Shown: piece by piece, positions 26,506 to 34,855 of the stretch
How the letters are laid out: each line of letters starts with the position of its first letter
Numbering within the stretch: position 1 is the stretch's first letter
Virus record (IMG/VR): IMGVR_UViG_3300010962_000004
From: a virus
Strand: one strand, 5' to 3'
DNA length: 45,005 bases
Position numbers and translations under genes: made by a program
The notes under the pieces: model-generated
Seen by the model: the letters and a program-made list of their open reading frames with translations, nothing else
What the model was told of the DNA's origin: nothing
Database searches by the model: none

Positions 26506-26534
26506 GTATCACTGGGTTTATGATGGTTCACGTG

Positions 26535-26753
26535 TTACTCTTTGTGACTATCATTACCCTTCATGAACTCTCTAGCCTTCTTAATAGGAATGTCCATAAG
26601 AATGTGTAGCCGATTAGATATAACAGTGAGCTCATTAACTGCTTTCTTTTTCTCACTGATAGAAACAACTGCATGAACAATACCAGTAATCAATAACATC
26701 ACACATAGCGCACGTATGATTAAGTCCAACGCTAGTGTCATGTATACAATCAT
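26535..26753 (-). CDS. Hypothetical membrane protein (72 aa, one N-terminal TM helix)
   Basis: Hydrophobic N-terminus LALDLIIRALCVMLLITGIVHAVV. Confidence 0.5.
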   Translation of the reverse strand: MIVYMTLALDLIIRALCVMLLITGIVHAVVSISEKKKAVNELTVISNRLHILMDIPIKKAREFMKGNDSHKE

Positions 26754-26837
26754 GGGTCATGGTCATGATCTTCTCACCACCTTTTTAGGCGTAATAAAAA
26801 GCCACATCGTGATTGATGTGACTTGATTGATAATCCG

Positions 26838-27116
26838 TTATCTTTGATAGCCTATTGAATCATTCTTTACAAATAATATTAAATTACCTTTATTATCAGT
26901 CGCTCGTTCTTGTATATCATAAACATTAACAAGACCTTCACGTCCGTAATCGTTACTACTATGTTCAATATACTTATTTACGACTAATAATTCTTTTCTT
27001 TCCATTTCTTCTAATGCGATTTCTTTAATCCAACCTGGGTTATCAATATCAATTAAAATAACACTTGAACCAAATCTTTTTAAATCTTCCCAGTACATTC
27101 TTTTGTAATCAACCAT
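26838..27116 (-). CDS. Hypothetical protein (92 aa), first gene after the large non-coding gap
   Basis: ATG 27116 lies 8 nt after the Shine-Dalgarno site GGGAGGTG (the ORF track starts at 27134). Confidence 0.55.
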   Translation of the reverse strand: MVDYKRMYWEDLKRFGSSVILIDIDNPGWIKEIALEEMERKELLVVNKYIEHSSNDYGREGLVNVYDIQERATDNKGNLILFVKNDSIGYQR

Positions 27117-27386
27117 CCTTACAACACCTCCCATCTACCTATATCATAGGATAAATGGAATGGATTGTCATTATGAAAAAAGACTACCAATTTTATTGCC
27201 ACAAACTTATGAAAAACTCTTTTTTAATACAATTGTTCGCTATTAAGTATAGTAAGAGTTATTTTTTCTTTTTAATAAGCGAGAATGTAACACTGCTATT
27301 CATTTTGTAACACTTGGGCTGACAACGTATTTATTTTAGAGATTTCTATCAACCCCTTTTATGTGAATAAAAGGAGGGTGAAATTT

Positions 27387-27458
27387 ATGTTACGCATATT
27401 ATTGGTAATTTTCCGTATTGTTTTGCTTCTAATTCAGTTTGTCATCGAGTTTTTCTAA
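27387..27458 (+). CDS. 23-aa hydrophobic mini-protein (MLRILLVIFRIVLLLIQFVIEFF), type I toxin-like
   Basis: Not in the ORF track. The consensus Shine-Dalgarno site AAGGAGGG (27371-27378) lies 8 nt before the ATG. The product is one predicted TM helix. A hairpin follows at 27466-27490. The ORF is on the opposite strand to all neighbouring genes. Confidence 0.5.
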   Translation: MLRILLVIFRIVLLLIQFVIEFF

Positions 27459-27465
27459 TCAAGTC

Positions 27466-27490
27466 GGGCTGTATCTTAATGGTACAGCCC
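27466..27490 (+). terminator. Hairpin downstream of the mini-ORF
   Basis: gggctgta (27466-27473) pairs with tacagccc (27483-27490). The U-tract is poor. Confidence 0.4.
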
Positions 27491-27535
27491 TAGTACCAAT
27501 GTTTTAAATGTCCTTTAATTAGATAGTGATTCTTC

Positions 27536-27570
27536 CTAGCAAAATGTATTTGCTAGTTAGTTTTCTTTAT
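27536..27570 (+). terminator. Second hairpin plus T-rich tract
   Basis: ctagcaaa (27536-27543) pairs with tttgctag (27549-27556), followed by ttagttttctttat. Confidence 0.4.
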
Positions 27571-27594
27571 TGTTTTCTTTATTGTTTTCTTTAG
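27560..27594. repeat. 12-bp tandem repeat gttttctttatt, about 2.8 copies
   Basis: Copies at 27560-27571 and 27572-27583, with a partial copy at 27584-27593. Confidence 0.85.
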
Positions 27595-27625
27595 AGATTT
27601 TGCATATATAGAAGAAACTCGTTTA

Positions 27626-27724
27626 GGTGTACTCTAATTAGAGTACAGTGGTGTACCCTAATTAGAGTACAGTAGTGTGCCCTAATTAGAGTACAGTAAA
27701 GGTGTACTCTAATTAGAGTACAGT
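27626..27724. repeat. Array of four 24-bp repeats, each containing the 20-bp palindrome TGTACTCTAATTAGAGTACA
   Basis: Palindromes at 27628-27647 (perfect), 27652-27671 (1 mismatch), 27676-27695 (2 mismatches) and 27703-27722 (perfect). The period is 24, 24 and 27 bp. Confidence 0.95.
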
Positions 27725-27860
27725 CAAGACCCATGACAATGAAAAAGGAATCAACTAAGGTGTCCCTTAATCAATTCCCGATGATATTAATTTAACATGT
27801 ATAAAACCAAATGCTTTAAAAGGCTTTTTAAATATTTTAAAATTCTTTTTCAATTTTTTT

Positions 27861-28301
27861 CTATATTGTACGTGCAATGTTTAAGTCTAAAGCTAATTTG
27901 TAAAAGGCTTTCCAACGAATTTTATCGTAAGTAGGCGGCGAAATTGGTGGTTGAAATTTAAAACAATAGACTTTCATATCTGTTAAGTATTCGGCATCAT
28001 CAGCCATGTATCTTGTTTCAATTAAGAATCTTTCCATTGGTGGTAGCCTTTTTACAGCACGTTCTATACGCTCACAATATTTACGTCTTGCACTCTTTTC
28101 ATCAACGTTGTAAATGGCCACTGAGCCTGTTTGGTCACTTGTTAAATTGCCTTTACCTCCACCAATGTCATTAATATGTGATGTTGTAGCTGCTTCTTTT
28201 TCTTCAAAAGTTAAATGTTTAAAAATGCGGTATTTTTCTAATTCTCTCTCGACAGCTGCTTGCGTTGCTTTTCTATCTAATTCAGGCAATTCAAAATCCA
28301 A
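27861..28301 (-). CDS. ArpU-family late transcription regulator (sigma-like)
   Basis: LPPMERFLIETRYMADDAEYLTDMKVYCFKFQPPISPPTYDKIRWKAFYKLALDL matches the ArpU family pattern. A TTG start at 28301 follows the Shine-Dalgarno site AAGGGGGAA. It is the last gene before the late region. Confidence 0.7.
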   Translation of the reverse strand: MDFELPELDRKATQAAVERELEKYRIFKHLTFEEKEAATTSHINDIGGGKGNLTSDQTGSVAIYNVDEKSARRKYCERIERAVKRLPPMERFLIETRYMADDAEYLTDMKVYCFKFQPPISPPTYDKIRWKAFYKLALDLNIARTI

Positions 28302-28358
28302 AACAGATTTCCCCCTTCTACAAGAAAGATACCCTGGCATCTACCAGGGCAATTAGTA

Positions 28359-28802
28359 TCAATCTAGTAAATCATCATCATTTTTTGTCTCATTGACATC
28401 TTCAATGGTCATCTGATCAGGCGCTACTGATACGCTACCATCTCCATCAACCTGATATTCAATACCCTCATGCTGTTCCTCAAATTCTTCAATGCTCATT
28501 TGGCTTTGTTCAAGTGAAAGCTTCACATTAAAGCCTGCTTTTGGATATAGTTTGATAGTCTTTTCCTCACTATCACCTTTGGCTTCAAATTTTAGCACGA
28601 CTTTCTTGCTATCGCGCTGAATTGATTTCATCTCTGCAGATAATTTAACATCACCAAGTTCAAGTATTACAATGCTACCTGCCATACCAATTAATTCAGA
28701 TTTATATTGAACATCATCACCCAAGATATGAAACTCTAAAACTTCTTTTTTATCATCCTTTTGTATCTTTTTAAAAAGGACATTTAATTCAACTTTAGCC
28801 AT
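28359..28802 (-). CDS. Hypothetical acidic protein (147 aa)
   Basis: Packed ORF overlapping the resolvase gene end. Confidence 0.5.
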   Translation of the reverse strand: MAKVELNVLFKKIQKDDKKEVLEFHILGDDVQYKSELIGMAGSIVILELGDVKLSAEMKSIQRDSKKVVLKFEAKGDSEEKTIKLYPKAGFNVKLSLEQSQMSIEEFEEQHEGIEYQVDGDGSVSVAPDQMTIEDVNETKNDDDLLD

Positions 28803-29373
28803 TTTTCACACTCTCCATTTCAATTGTTTTATTTCCTAATATCGATTTAACTACCTCTGCTTGATAGACAGGACAACCAATAAAATCAGGTCTATTAAAC
28901 TGGTACATGATTCTTGCAATTTGAGCTAAAATATATGCATCGACAACATTGTCGCTTTTATGTGAGAAGCCAAAATGATCTTTTACAGCTTTCATAACGA
29001 CTTTTTTCTTTTCTGGACCAGTAAGGCGCTTTTTATTCCCTACTCCGCCTGTGAAGCCTGTTACACCTACAAATTTTTTAACAGCATTAGGTGCCACTTC
29101 ATAGTATTTAAATCCTCGTCTAGTTAGAGACATTCGCATTCCCCAACCAATGCCGCCAAGCTGGATGCCCTGCTGTGTTGCAAAACCAAATCCTTCTACA
29201 GTTATGATGTCACCTTTTTGCATATGGGCCATAACTTCGTCAATAAGTGTGATCATTCGGAAAGGATCTTTATCACCTACGCCTGTTAATTCTTTTGCTC
29301 TAAGCACTTGGCCACTTTCATCTAGTGCAACAAATCCTGTTTTAGTTGATGGATCTAAGCCTATGAATCTCAT
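28795..29373 (-). CDS. RuvC-like Holliday junction resolvase
   Basis: N-terminal MRFIGLDPSTKTGFVAL, then VEGFGF and DNVVDAYILA, an acidic catalytic-residue pattern. Confidence 0.65.
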   Translation of the reverse strand: MRFIGLDPSTKTGFVALDESGQVLRAKELTGVGDKDPFRMITLIDEVMAHMQKGDIITVEGFGFATQQGIQLGGIGWGMRMSLTRRGFKYYEVAPNAVKKFVGVTGFTGGVGNKKRLTGPEKKKVVMKAVKDHFGFSHKSDNVVDAYILAQIARIMYQFNRPDFIGCPVYQAEVVKSILGNKTIEMESVKNG

Positions 29374-29401
29374 AATGATTCTCCAAATCTTTTATTTTGT
29401 A

Positions 29402-29998
29402 TCATTCACCCTCTACTTCACGAGCGATGAAAAAATTATTAAAATTATCTTGTACAGGAAGGCCATCTTCTCGGAATTCAGGCGTTGCAGGTTCTACAAT
29501 AAGTTTCGAATTGCATTCATGACAGTGTGCATACACAGTATCTCTAGATACCCAGCGTTTCCCTGTGTGTCCACAATCACACCAATATTTACATTGGTAC
29601 TTGATTTGACCATCTTCAAACTCTTTAGTACCAAAGTGAAGTGGCTCCCTGTCAGAAGCACAATTAATTTTGGCCACTTCACTAATTGGAGCAGTAAGAG
29701 TACGTTCAGCATTTATCTTTGGTAGCACCTTCGATTTTTGCTGATTTCTTTCTTTTTCAATTTTTGGAGGAACTACAACTGCAGAAGTTTTAACATTTTG
29801 AAACGGAACATAATCAGGTGGAGCTTCACCAAGATTTATTAAGGGTTTATTTTTTGGCTTAGAAACGCTGACATTATTTTCGTTCTGTTTTGCGACTCCT
29901 AGCACTCCAAAGAATCCTTCAATAATACTCGTTACATGGTTTTCTTGAATTTCCTCTGCTTTTAAATGTGCATCTTGAACATTAATTTCAATTTTCAT
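29402..29998 (-). CDS. Hypothetical protein with C-terminal Cys/His zinc-binding cluster
   Basis: YQCKYWCDCGHTGKRW...YAHCHECNSKL. Confidence 0.5.
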   Translation of the reverse strand: MKIEINVQDAHLKAEEIQENHVTSIIEGFFGVLGVAKQNENNVSVSKPKNKPLINLGEAPPDYVPFQNVKTSAVVVPPKIEKERNQQKSKVLPKINAERTLTAPISEVAKINCASDREPLHFGTKEFEDGQIKYQCKYWCDCGHTGKRWVSRDTVYAHCHECNSKLIVEPATPEFREDGLPVQDNFNNFFIAREVEGE

Positions 29999-30037
29999 AT
30001 TTACTCCTCCATTTCAATCTAAACAAATCATTTCCTA

Positions 30038-31333
30038 CTATTTATCCAGTTCAATAAACTTCTGTTTCCACCCCATGAAAAGCAATTTAAACTCATTTAT
30101 GCCTATGTCTCGCCCTTTGGCAAAAAACTGTTGAATGACTTTCCCTTGCGGCATTTTGTCAGCTGGATCGTGCCATAAAAATTCCACAACATCAGCGTCC
30201 TGCTCGATGGAAGATGATTCTTTTAGATGTGATAGCTGCGGCTTTTTAACATTGTCACTTTCCCTAGTCATTTGCGATAACATCATGAAGCAACAATTCA
30301 TATCACGCGCTATTTGCTTGGCAGTAGTGGTTACATTTCCAATAGCCTGCGCTCTGGTCTCATTTTTACGTTGAGGAATCTTCATAATCTGCAGATAATC
30401 CACCGCAATCATTGCAATTTGTCCATATCGCTTTTTAAAACGCCTTGCTGTAGCCCTTACTTCCTCGATTGTTACACCTGATGAATCCTGGACAAAGATT
30501 GGTAACTTTTCTAACTCTTTATAAGCAAACTCAATGACGCCTAATTCATCAGGCTTTAAGTCCTTATTTTTTATGCGGCCATATTGAATGCCTGTTGAAT
30601 TTGAAATCATCCGATCAAACAATTGGTACTTGTCCATTTCTTGTGACCAAATTAATACTGGACCACTCTTGGCCACACCCATAATTCTTTGGAGAAGCAT
30701 TGCTGTTTTACCAACACTAGGACGTCCAGCACTAACGAACAACCAACCTCTCCATAGACCATGCGCCCACTTATCGTAGTGTTTAAATCCAGTAGGTATA
30801 AATTCAGCTCGTTTTAAAAGATGTGCAAAATATCCATGACGTGACTCTTTTAAACTTTGCATCTTGCCATCATCTTCGGGCCTTACTTCTGAGGCTAGTC
30901 TTTCAATTTCAGCAAAATAATCATCGTCAGTCTCAAAATCTTCATGTACTAGATTCATAATTTTTTGCCCTATATCTGTTCCACGTCGCCTGATTGCCCT
31001 CGAACGAACAATATTGGCATATGACACGACATTTGCAGCAGTAGGACAGGAAACGGCTAATTCCGCTAAATAAGAAATGCTTACCTCGTCCATTTTGTTA
31101 TGCTGCATGTACAGCTCAGTAACAGTAGTAATATCGATAGGCTGATTTTTATTATCTAGCCATTTCATTACTCTATAAATCTGTTGGTGACGCGCGCTAA
31201 TGAAGTCCCTTGATTCAAGAAAAACAATGTCATCAATCACACTTGGTTCAAGAAAGATTGCGCCTAGCACCGATTTTTCCGCATCAAGTTCGTAATCAGT
31301 TGCTCCAATCAAAGTCATTTGGATCATTCCCAT
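30038..31333 (-). CDS. dnaB: Replicative DNA helicase, DnaB family
   Basis: N-terminal DAEKSVLGAIFLEP, Walker A GRPSVGKTA, then VDYLQIM and SQMTRE patterns. Confidence 0.88.
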   Translation of the reverse strand: MGMIQMTLIGATDYELDAEKSVLGAIFLEPSVIDDIVFLESRDFISARHQQIYRVMKWLDNKNQPIDITTVTELYMQHNKMDEVSISYLAELAVSCPTAANVVSYANIVRSRAIRRRGTDIGQKIMNLVHEDFETDDDYFAEIERLASEVRPEDDGKMQSLKESRHGYFAHLLKRAEFIPTGFKHYDKWAHGLWRGWLFVSAGRPSVGKTAMLLQRIMGVAKSGPVLIWSQEMDKYQLFDRMISNSTGIQYGRIKNKDLKPDELGVIEFAYKELEKLPIFVQDSSGVTIEEVRATARRFKKRYGQIAMIAVDYLQIMKIPQRKNETRAQAIGNVTTTAKQIARDMNCCFMMLSQMTRESDNVKKPQLSHLKESSSIEQDADVVEFLWHDPADKMPQGKVIQQFFAKGRDIGINEFKLLFMGWKQKFIELDK

Positions 31334-32072
31334 CTTGTAACCAACGTTGGAACTCTATTTCTTTATCTCTCGGATCATATTGAGGCTTTTGTTTTGGTTG
31401 AGAAGGTTTTTTATCAGCATTCATTTTTATTGCTAGTTCTACAAACTTATCTCTAAGTTTTTTTGCTGATAAAACGTTGGTGCGCCAAAAGGAATCCTGC
31501 GTAACCCAATCCATGACCTGCTTGGCCAAGTGCTTATCAACTTGATCTATTTCAATTAGCTTTCGCATATCATCAGCCCAAGATTGCATATTGGACTTTT
31601 TGATTAAATGAGATATGCCAGCCTCATTTGCAACTACAGAAACTTTTTCATGAAAGTAGACGGCCATTTTGTAATAAGTATTTTCTTCATCATATTTATT
31701 TTTTTTAACTGGTTTAGTTTGATCAGGGATTTCAGGTTCTACCTCATTAGGTGGAAGCTGTTCATCCCACTCTTTATAATCTTTATTAAATCCCATGATT
31801 CTCGCTCCTTTTGAACCAATTCCAAAAACTGATATTATGTTTCTATCAATCAATGTTGCTAGTTCTCTATTCGTTTGAGTTCTACTGGCATTGATCACCT
31901 TTGCTAAAAAATTTATGGACATTTCATTTGTTTTACGTTGAAAGCCATACGTATATCTCCAAATGGCCAACACTAAACGGAATTGTGTGCCATTGAGATT
32001 AAGCCTCATGATTTCTCCAAGGATTTCATTGGCAATCCGTGTGTGCCCATTTTTGAGTTGTGGATTTGCCAT
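31296..32072 (-). CDS. Phage replisome organizer / replication initiation protein
   Basis: N-terminal NGHTRIANEILGEIMRLNLNGTQFRLVLAIWRYTYGF, typical of the replisome-organizer N domain. Lies upstream of the DnaB gene. Confidence 0.75.
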   Translation of the reverse strand: MANPQLKNGHTRIANEILGEIMRLNLNGTQFRLVLAIWRYTYGFQRKTNEMSINFLAKVINASRTQTNRELATLIDRNIISVFGIGSKGARIMGFNKDYKEWDEQLPPNEVEPEIPDQTKPVKKNKYDEENTYYKMAVYFHEKVSVVANEAGISHLIKKSNMQSWADDMRKLIEIDQVDKHLAKQVMDWVTQDSFWRTNVLSAKKLRDKFVELAIKMNADKKPSQPKQKPQYDPRDKEIEFQRWLQDGNDPNDFDWSN

Positions 32073-32087
32073 GATTACTCACCCTAT

Positions 32088-32312
32088 TCATGCTTTCAAT
32101 TGGCTGCTCATGTATTCAATGAGTTCCTCTGAAAATTCCTCAATATCTTTGCGACTACTACCTGTGTATGGTCTGTTTAACCAATCATCAATGCGATCCG
32201 CAACTGATCCAGTAATACTTTTAGATTGAATGGACTCTAATTGCCTTTTTAGCTCTATGTTTTCAATTTGTAATCTCAACATAGCAGTTAAAATTAATTC
32301 ATATGGATGCAT
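32088..32312 (-). CDS. Hypothetical protein (74 aa)
   Basis: Packed ORF in the replication block. Confidence 0.45.
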   Translation of the reverse strand: MHPYELILTAMLRLQIENIELKRQLESIQSKSITGSVADRIDDWLNRPYTGSSRKDIEEFSEELIEYMSSQLKA

Positions 32313-33055
32313 TAAACAACCTCCAATTCGTAATGATTGCCTGCTTGGTACCCCTTTTTTAATAACTCCCTTTTAACAGTCATTTCCGCAAGCGTAGGGA
32401 GGTTGTTCTTGCTACTTAAATGTGTAAGATAGATTCGTTCGCCTTTGCCTACTACAAGCTCTCTGAGGGCCTTTGCCGTTTGTTCATTTGATAAGTGGCC
32501 AACGTGACTCAAAATCCTTGCCTTAACGCTGTTAGGGTAATCAGAAGCTTCAACCATTCGTGGCTCATGGTTGGCTTCGATAATGTAAATGTCACTATGC
32601 CTCATGGCGTTCAACATGCTTTTATCAACAAGGCCAGTGTCTAAACAAATAGATACTTTAAAATTATCTAGAGTCCATACAACGTACCCTCTTGGATCGA
32701 TTGCATCGTGATGAACATTAAAATGGCTTACTATAAACTGGCCACAACCGAAAACACCACCAACACCAATTGGCCTAATTAATTCATCTTCAACGGTAGT
32801 GATGTTTTTCCATTCACGTTCGCCAGCATACACAGGAATTTTGTATTTATTGGCCAATGGCAGCCCTTTAATATGATCGCTATGTGCATGTGTAACAAAA
32901 ATTGCTTCAACTCTATTTGGCGTTATACCGACTTCCAGTAGCCGTTTCTCTATTTTCGTTTTAGGAATGCCTGCATCGATTAGAATGGTAGTTTCATTGG
33001 TTGTTAAAGCAATACAGTTGCCACTTGAACCACTTGCTAAGATGTCAACTTTCAT
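32312..33055 (-). CDS. MBL-fold metallo-hydrolase
   Basis: VTHAHSDHIKG motif. The start is chosen at MKVDILASGSSGN (the ORF track starts at 33103). Confidence 0.8.
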   Translation of the reverse strand: MKVDILASGSSGNCIALTTNETTILIDAGIPKTKIEKRLLEVGITPNRVEAIFVTHAHSDHIKGLPLANKYKIPVYAGEREWKNITTVEDELIRPIGVGGVFGCGQFIVSHFNVHHDAIDPRGYVVWTLDNFKVSICLDTGLVDKSMLNAMRHSDIYIIEANHEPRMVEASDYPNSVKARILSHVGHLSNEQTAKALRELVVGKGERIYLTHLSSKNNLPTLAEMTVKRELLKKGYQAGNHYELEVV

Positions 33056-33278
33056 GCGAGTCACCAACATATAGAGGTGGAGCTTTTCGCATAATGTTTG
33101 CAAAAAAACCTATACCTTCACCTAATGCATAAACTTTAATGCAATCTCTATCCATTCCGTAACGTAAAGCTATAAGAGTATCGTCAGCATTTCTGTAAGT
33201 TTCAAGGCGTTCGTTCTTTTCAAAAGCTTCTTTGGCTTCCTCCATAAAATCAAGATGCTCCCTATAAATTTGAGTCAT
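33045..33278 (-). CDS. Hypothetical protein (77 aa)
   Basis: Packed ORF whose start overlaps the stop of the upstream mini-ORF (ATGA). Confidence 0.45.
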   Translation of the reverse strand: MTQIYREHLDFMEEAKEAFEKNERLETYRNADDTLIALRYGMDRDCIKVYALGEGIGFFANIMRKAPPLYVGDSHES

Positions 33279-33418
33279 TTCTTCCCCTCCAACTCCTTAT
33301 GGCACCGTGAGCATATTTCACGCCCACGGTACAAGTTGTATTCATTTTCATTCATTTCTCGCCCACACAGCTTACAATCCTTATTTCTCTCACAAACTAT
33401 TATTTGTGGTAGTTTCAT
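33275..33418 (-). CDS. Small zinc-ribbon protein (47 aa)
   Basis: Not in the ORF track. Translation: MKLPQIIVCERNKDCKLCGREMNENEYNLYRGREICSRCHKELEGKK. It fills the gap between recT and the next ORF and shows stop/start coupling. Confidence 0.5.
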   Translation of the reverse strand: MKLPQIIVCERNKDCKLCGREMNENEYNLYRGREICSRCHKELEGKK

Positions 33419-33423
33419 AGTTT

Positions 33424-34302
33424 TTACTCGAGTAAATCGGCATCATTTGACTGTGAAGCTAACATTTCGATATTCATATTTAGTAGCTCAATTAAGCCAA
33501 CTAGTTCAGATTCCGTAGCTGTTGTAGGATCAATGCCTGGTGCATTTTTATCCAGGTATTCTTGCATAGCCTTTTTCGTTGTAATACCAAGTTGTTTAAA
33601 CTTTGCTTTTACTTCCTTGAGTAATTCGTCTGAGCGAGTTAATACAGGCTGTCCAATAGGTGCCTCTATTTGCTCCTGGGTAGGTGTAATATCCCTGCGT
33701 GTTTGCGTAGCAGGTTGAGGTACATCATTTTGGGAAATCGTTACATCCTCGAATGACAAACCGTATTGCTTTTTCAATGCACGTTGCTGAACATGCTTGC
33801 CAAACATGTCACTTGTCCACTTGTTCCAGTTGTCTTTATTTTGGCCTGTGAACATATGAGCGACTTCGTCAATGTCCATAATGACCGTTACAGGTGGATA
33901 GCCCTCACGATAGGCAACTGAATAGGCACCAATAATCTTTCCACGTGGGAAGCCAATCTCGTGTTGAATCACTTCCATTTGCTTTGTTTCTTTATTCATA
34001 GCGATTTTAAATTCATCGTTTTCATGCACCATTTGTGTATCAGGTGGGATAAAGCCCTCTTGTTCACGTGCTTTTGAAAGGTAGGCCTCGGCAGCAAATT
34101 GAATACGTGCTTGATTGCCATACTTGATGAAGAAAATTTCATTTTTGAATGGATCTAAGCCATATGAAGCAGCCTTATGAGCAAATAATAGAAATTCTTG
34201 ATCATTAGCTGTAGGTGCAATCGAATTGCGAATGACCTCTAACACTGCAGGTTGAAAAGCTTCTGCAATTTCAGGTGTTAATGTTGGTAAGTTTCTGTTC
34301 AT
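33424..34302 (-). CDS. recT: RecT-family single-strand annealing recombinase
   Basis: FLLFAHKAASYGLDPFKNEIFFIKYG and following patterns, typical of RecT. Confidence 0.85.
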   Translation of the reverse strand: MNRNLPTLTPEIAEAFQPAVLEVIRNSIAPTANDQEFLLFAHKAASYGLDPFKNEIFFIKYGNQARIQFAAEAYLSKAREQEGFIPPDTQMVHENDEFKIAMNKETKQMEVIQHEIGFPRGKIIGAYSVAYREGYPPVTVIMDIDEVAHMFTGQNKDNWNKWTSDMFGKHVQQRALKKQYGLSFEDVTISQNDVPQPATQTRRDITPTQEQIEAPIGQPVLTRSDELLKEVKAKFKQLGITTKKAMQEYLDKNAPGIDPTTATESELVGLIELLNMNIEMLASQSNDADLLE

Positions 34303-34499
34303 TAATAGCGTACCTCCGTAAATTTATTAAGGCCGTTTTTGACCTGTTTTTTCATACTTTCATAAGCTTTGTCGTAAAGTGCGTCAACATCTTGCCCTGG
34401 CTCTACTGAAATGGTTACTGCAGCATCTACTTTCACATTTTCAAAGTTTCCTAGATTTTTGGTATATGTGTAACCAACTGTGATTTCTTTAGCGTTCAT
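34302..34499 (-). CDS. Hypothetical protein (65 aa)
   Basis: Packed ORF in the recombination block. Confidence 0.45.
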   Translation of the reverse strand: MNAKEITVGYTYTKNLGNFENVKVDAAVTISVEPGQDVDALYDKAYESMKKQVKNGLNKFTEVRY

Positions 34500-34519
34500 T
34501 CAAATGGCCTCCCCTTTTA

Positions 34520-34855
34520 TCAATCTTCACTCACTCGCAATTGATTACTTGTTATACTACTGCCGCCAAAACATAAATTTCCGTCATCACAAATTAATAG
34601 CAATTCATCTGTAGTAAGATTAGGACCATTTTTAATGATGTTGTACTTCGAGTGTGCATAACCTGGCTCTCTACCAATGACAACGTCATAGTTTTCCAAA
34701 TCAACATCTGGAGTAAATCTTAAATTATGTCTAAAAATCTTGTATTTTTCCTTTAGTTCATCATGAATTTCACGGTTTATTCTTCCCTTTTCTCTTTCAT
34801 TTTCTGTAAATGCCCATCCGTTATAAATTCGCTTCTCCACTTGTTTTTCGCTCAC
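34520..34855 (-). CDS. Hypothetical protein (111 aa)
   Basis: Abuts the ATPase gene stop codon. Confidence 0.45.
   Translation of the reverse strand: MSEKQVEKRIYNGWAFTENEREKGRINREIHDELKEKYKIFRHNLRFTPDVDLENYDVVIGREPGYAHSKYNIIKNGPNLTTDELLLICDDGNLCFGGSSITSNQLRVSED

Noticed and set aside
25877-26512. Full 211-aa version of the small terminase ORF
   Set aside because: The N-terminal 41 codons translate a GC-rich structured segment (MIPRLWVLPGREGLCGACDSRGLP...) with no Shine-Dalgarno site. An internal TTG with GAGGTGA fits better. The upstream part is interpreted as non-coding and a cos candidate.
27172-27309. 45-aa plus-strand ORF (MKKDYQFYCHKLMKN...) in the non-coding gap
   Set aside because: It has no Shine-Dalgarno sequence, an AT-rich low-complexity translation, and no terminator relationship. 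It is probably not coding.
27626-27724. CRISPR array
   Set aside because: The repeats are directly adjacent (24-bp period) with no spacers, each is a full palindrome, and no cas genes are present.
29150-29725. 191-aa plus-strand ORF
   Set aside because: It lies entirely antisense to two well-supported minus-strand genes (the RuvC-like gene and the 198-aa gene). It has a low-complexity composition and no Shine-Dalgarno site, so it is a shadow ORF.
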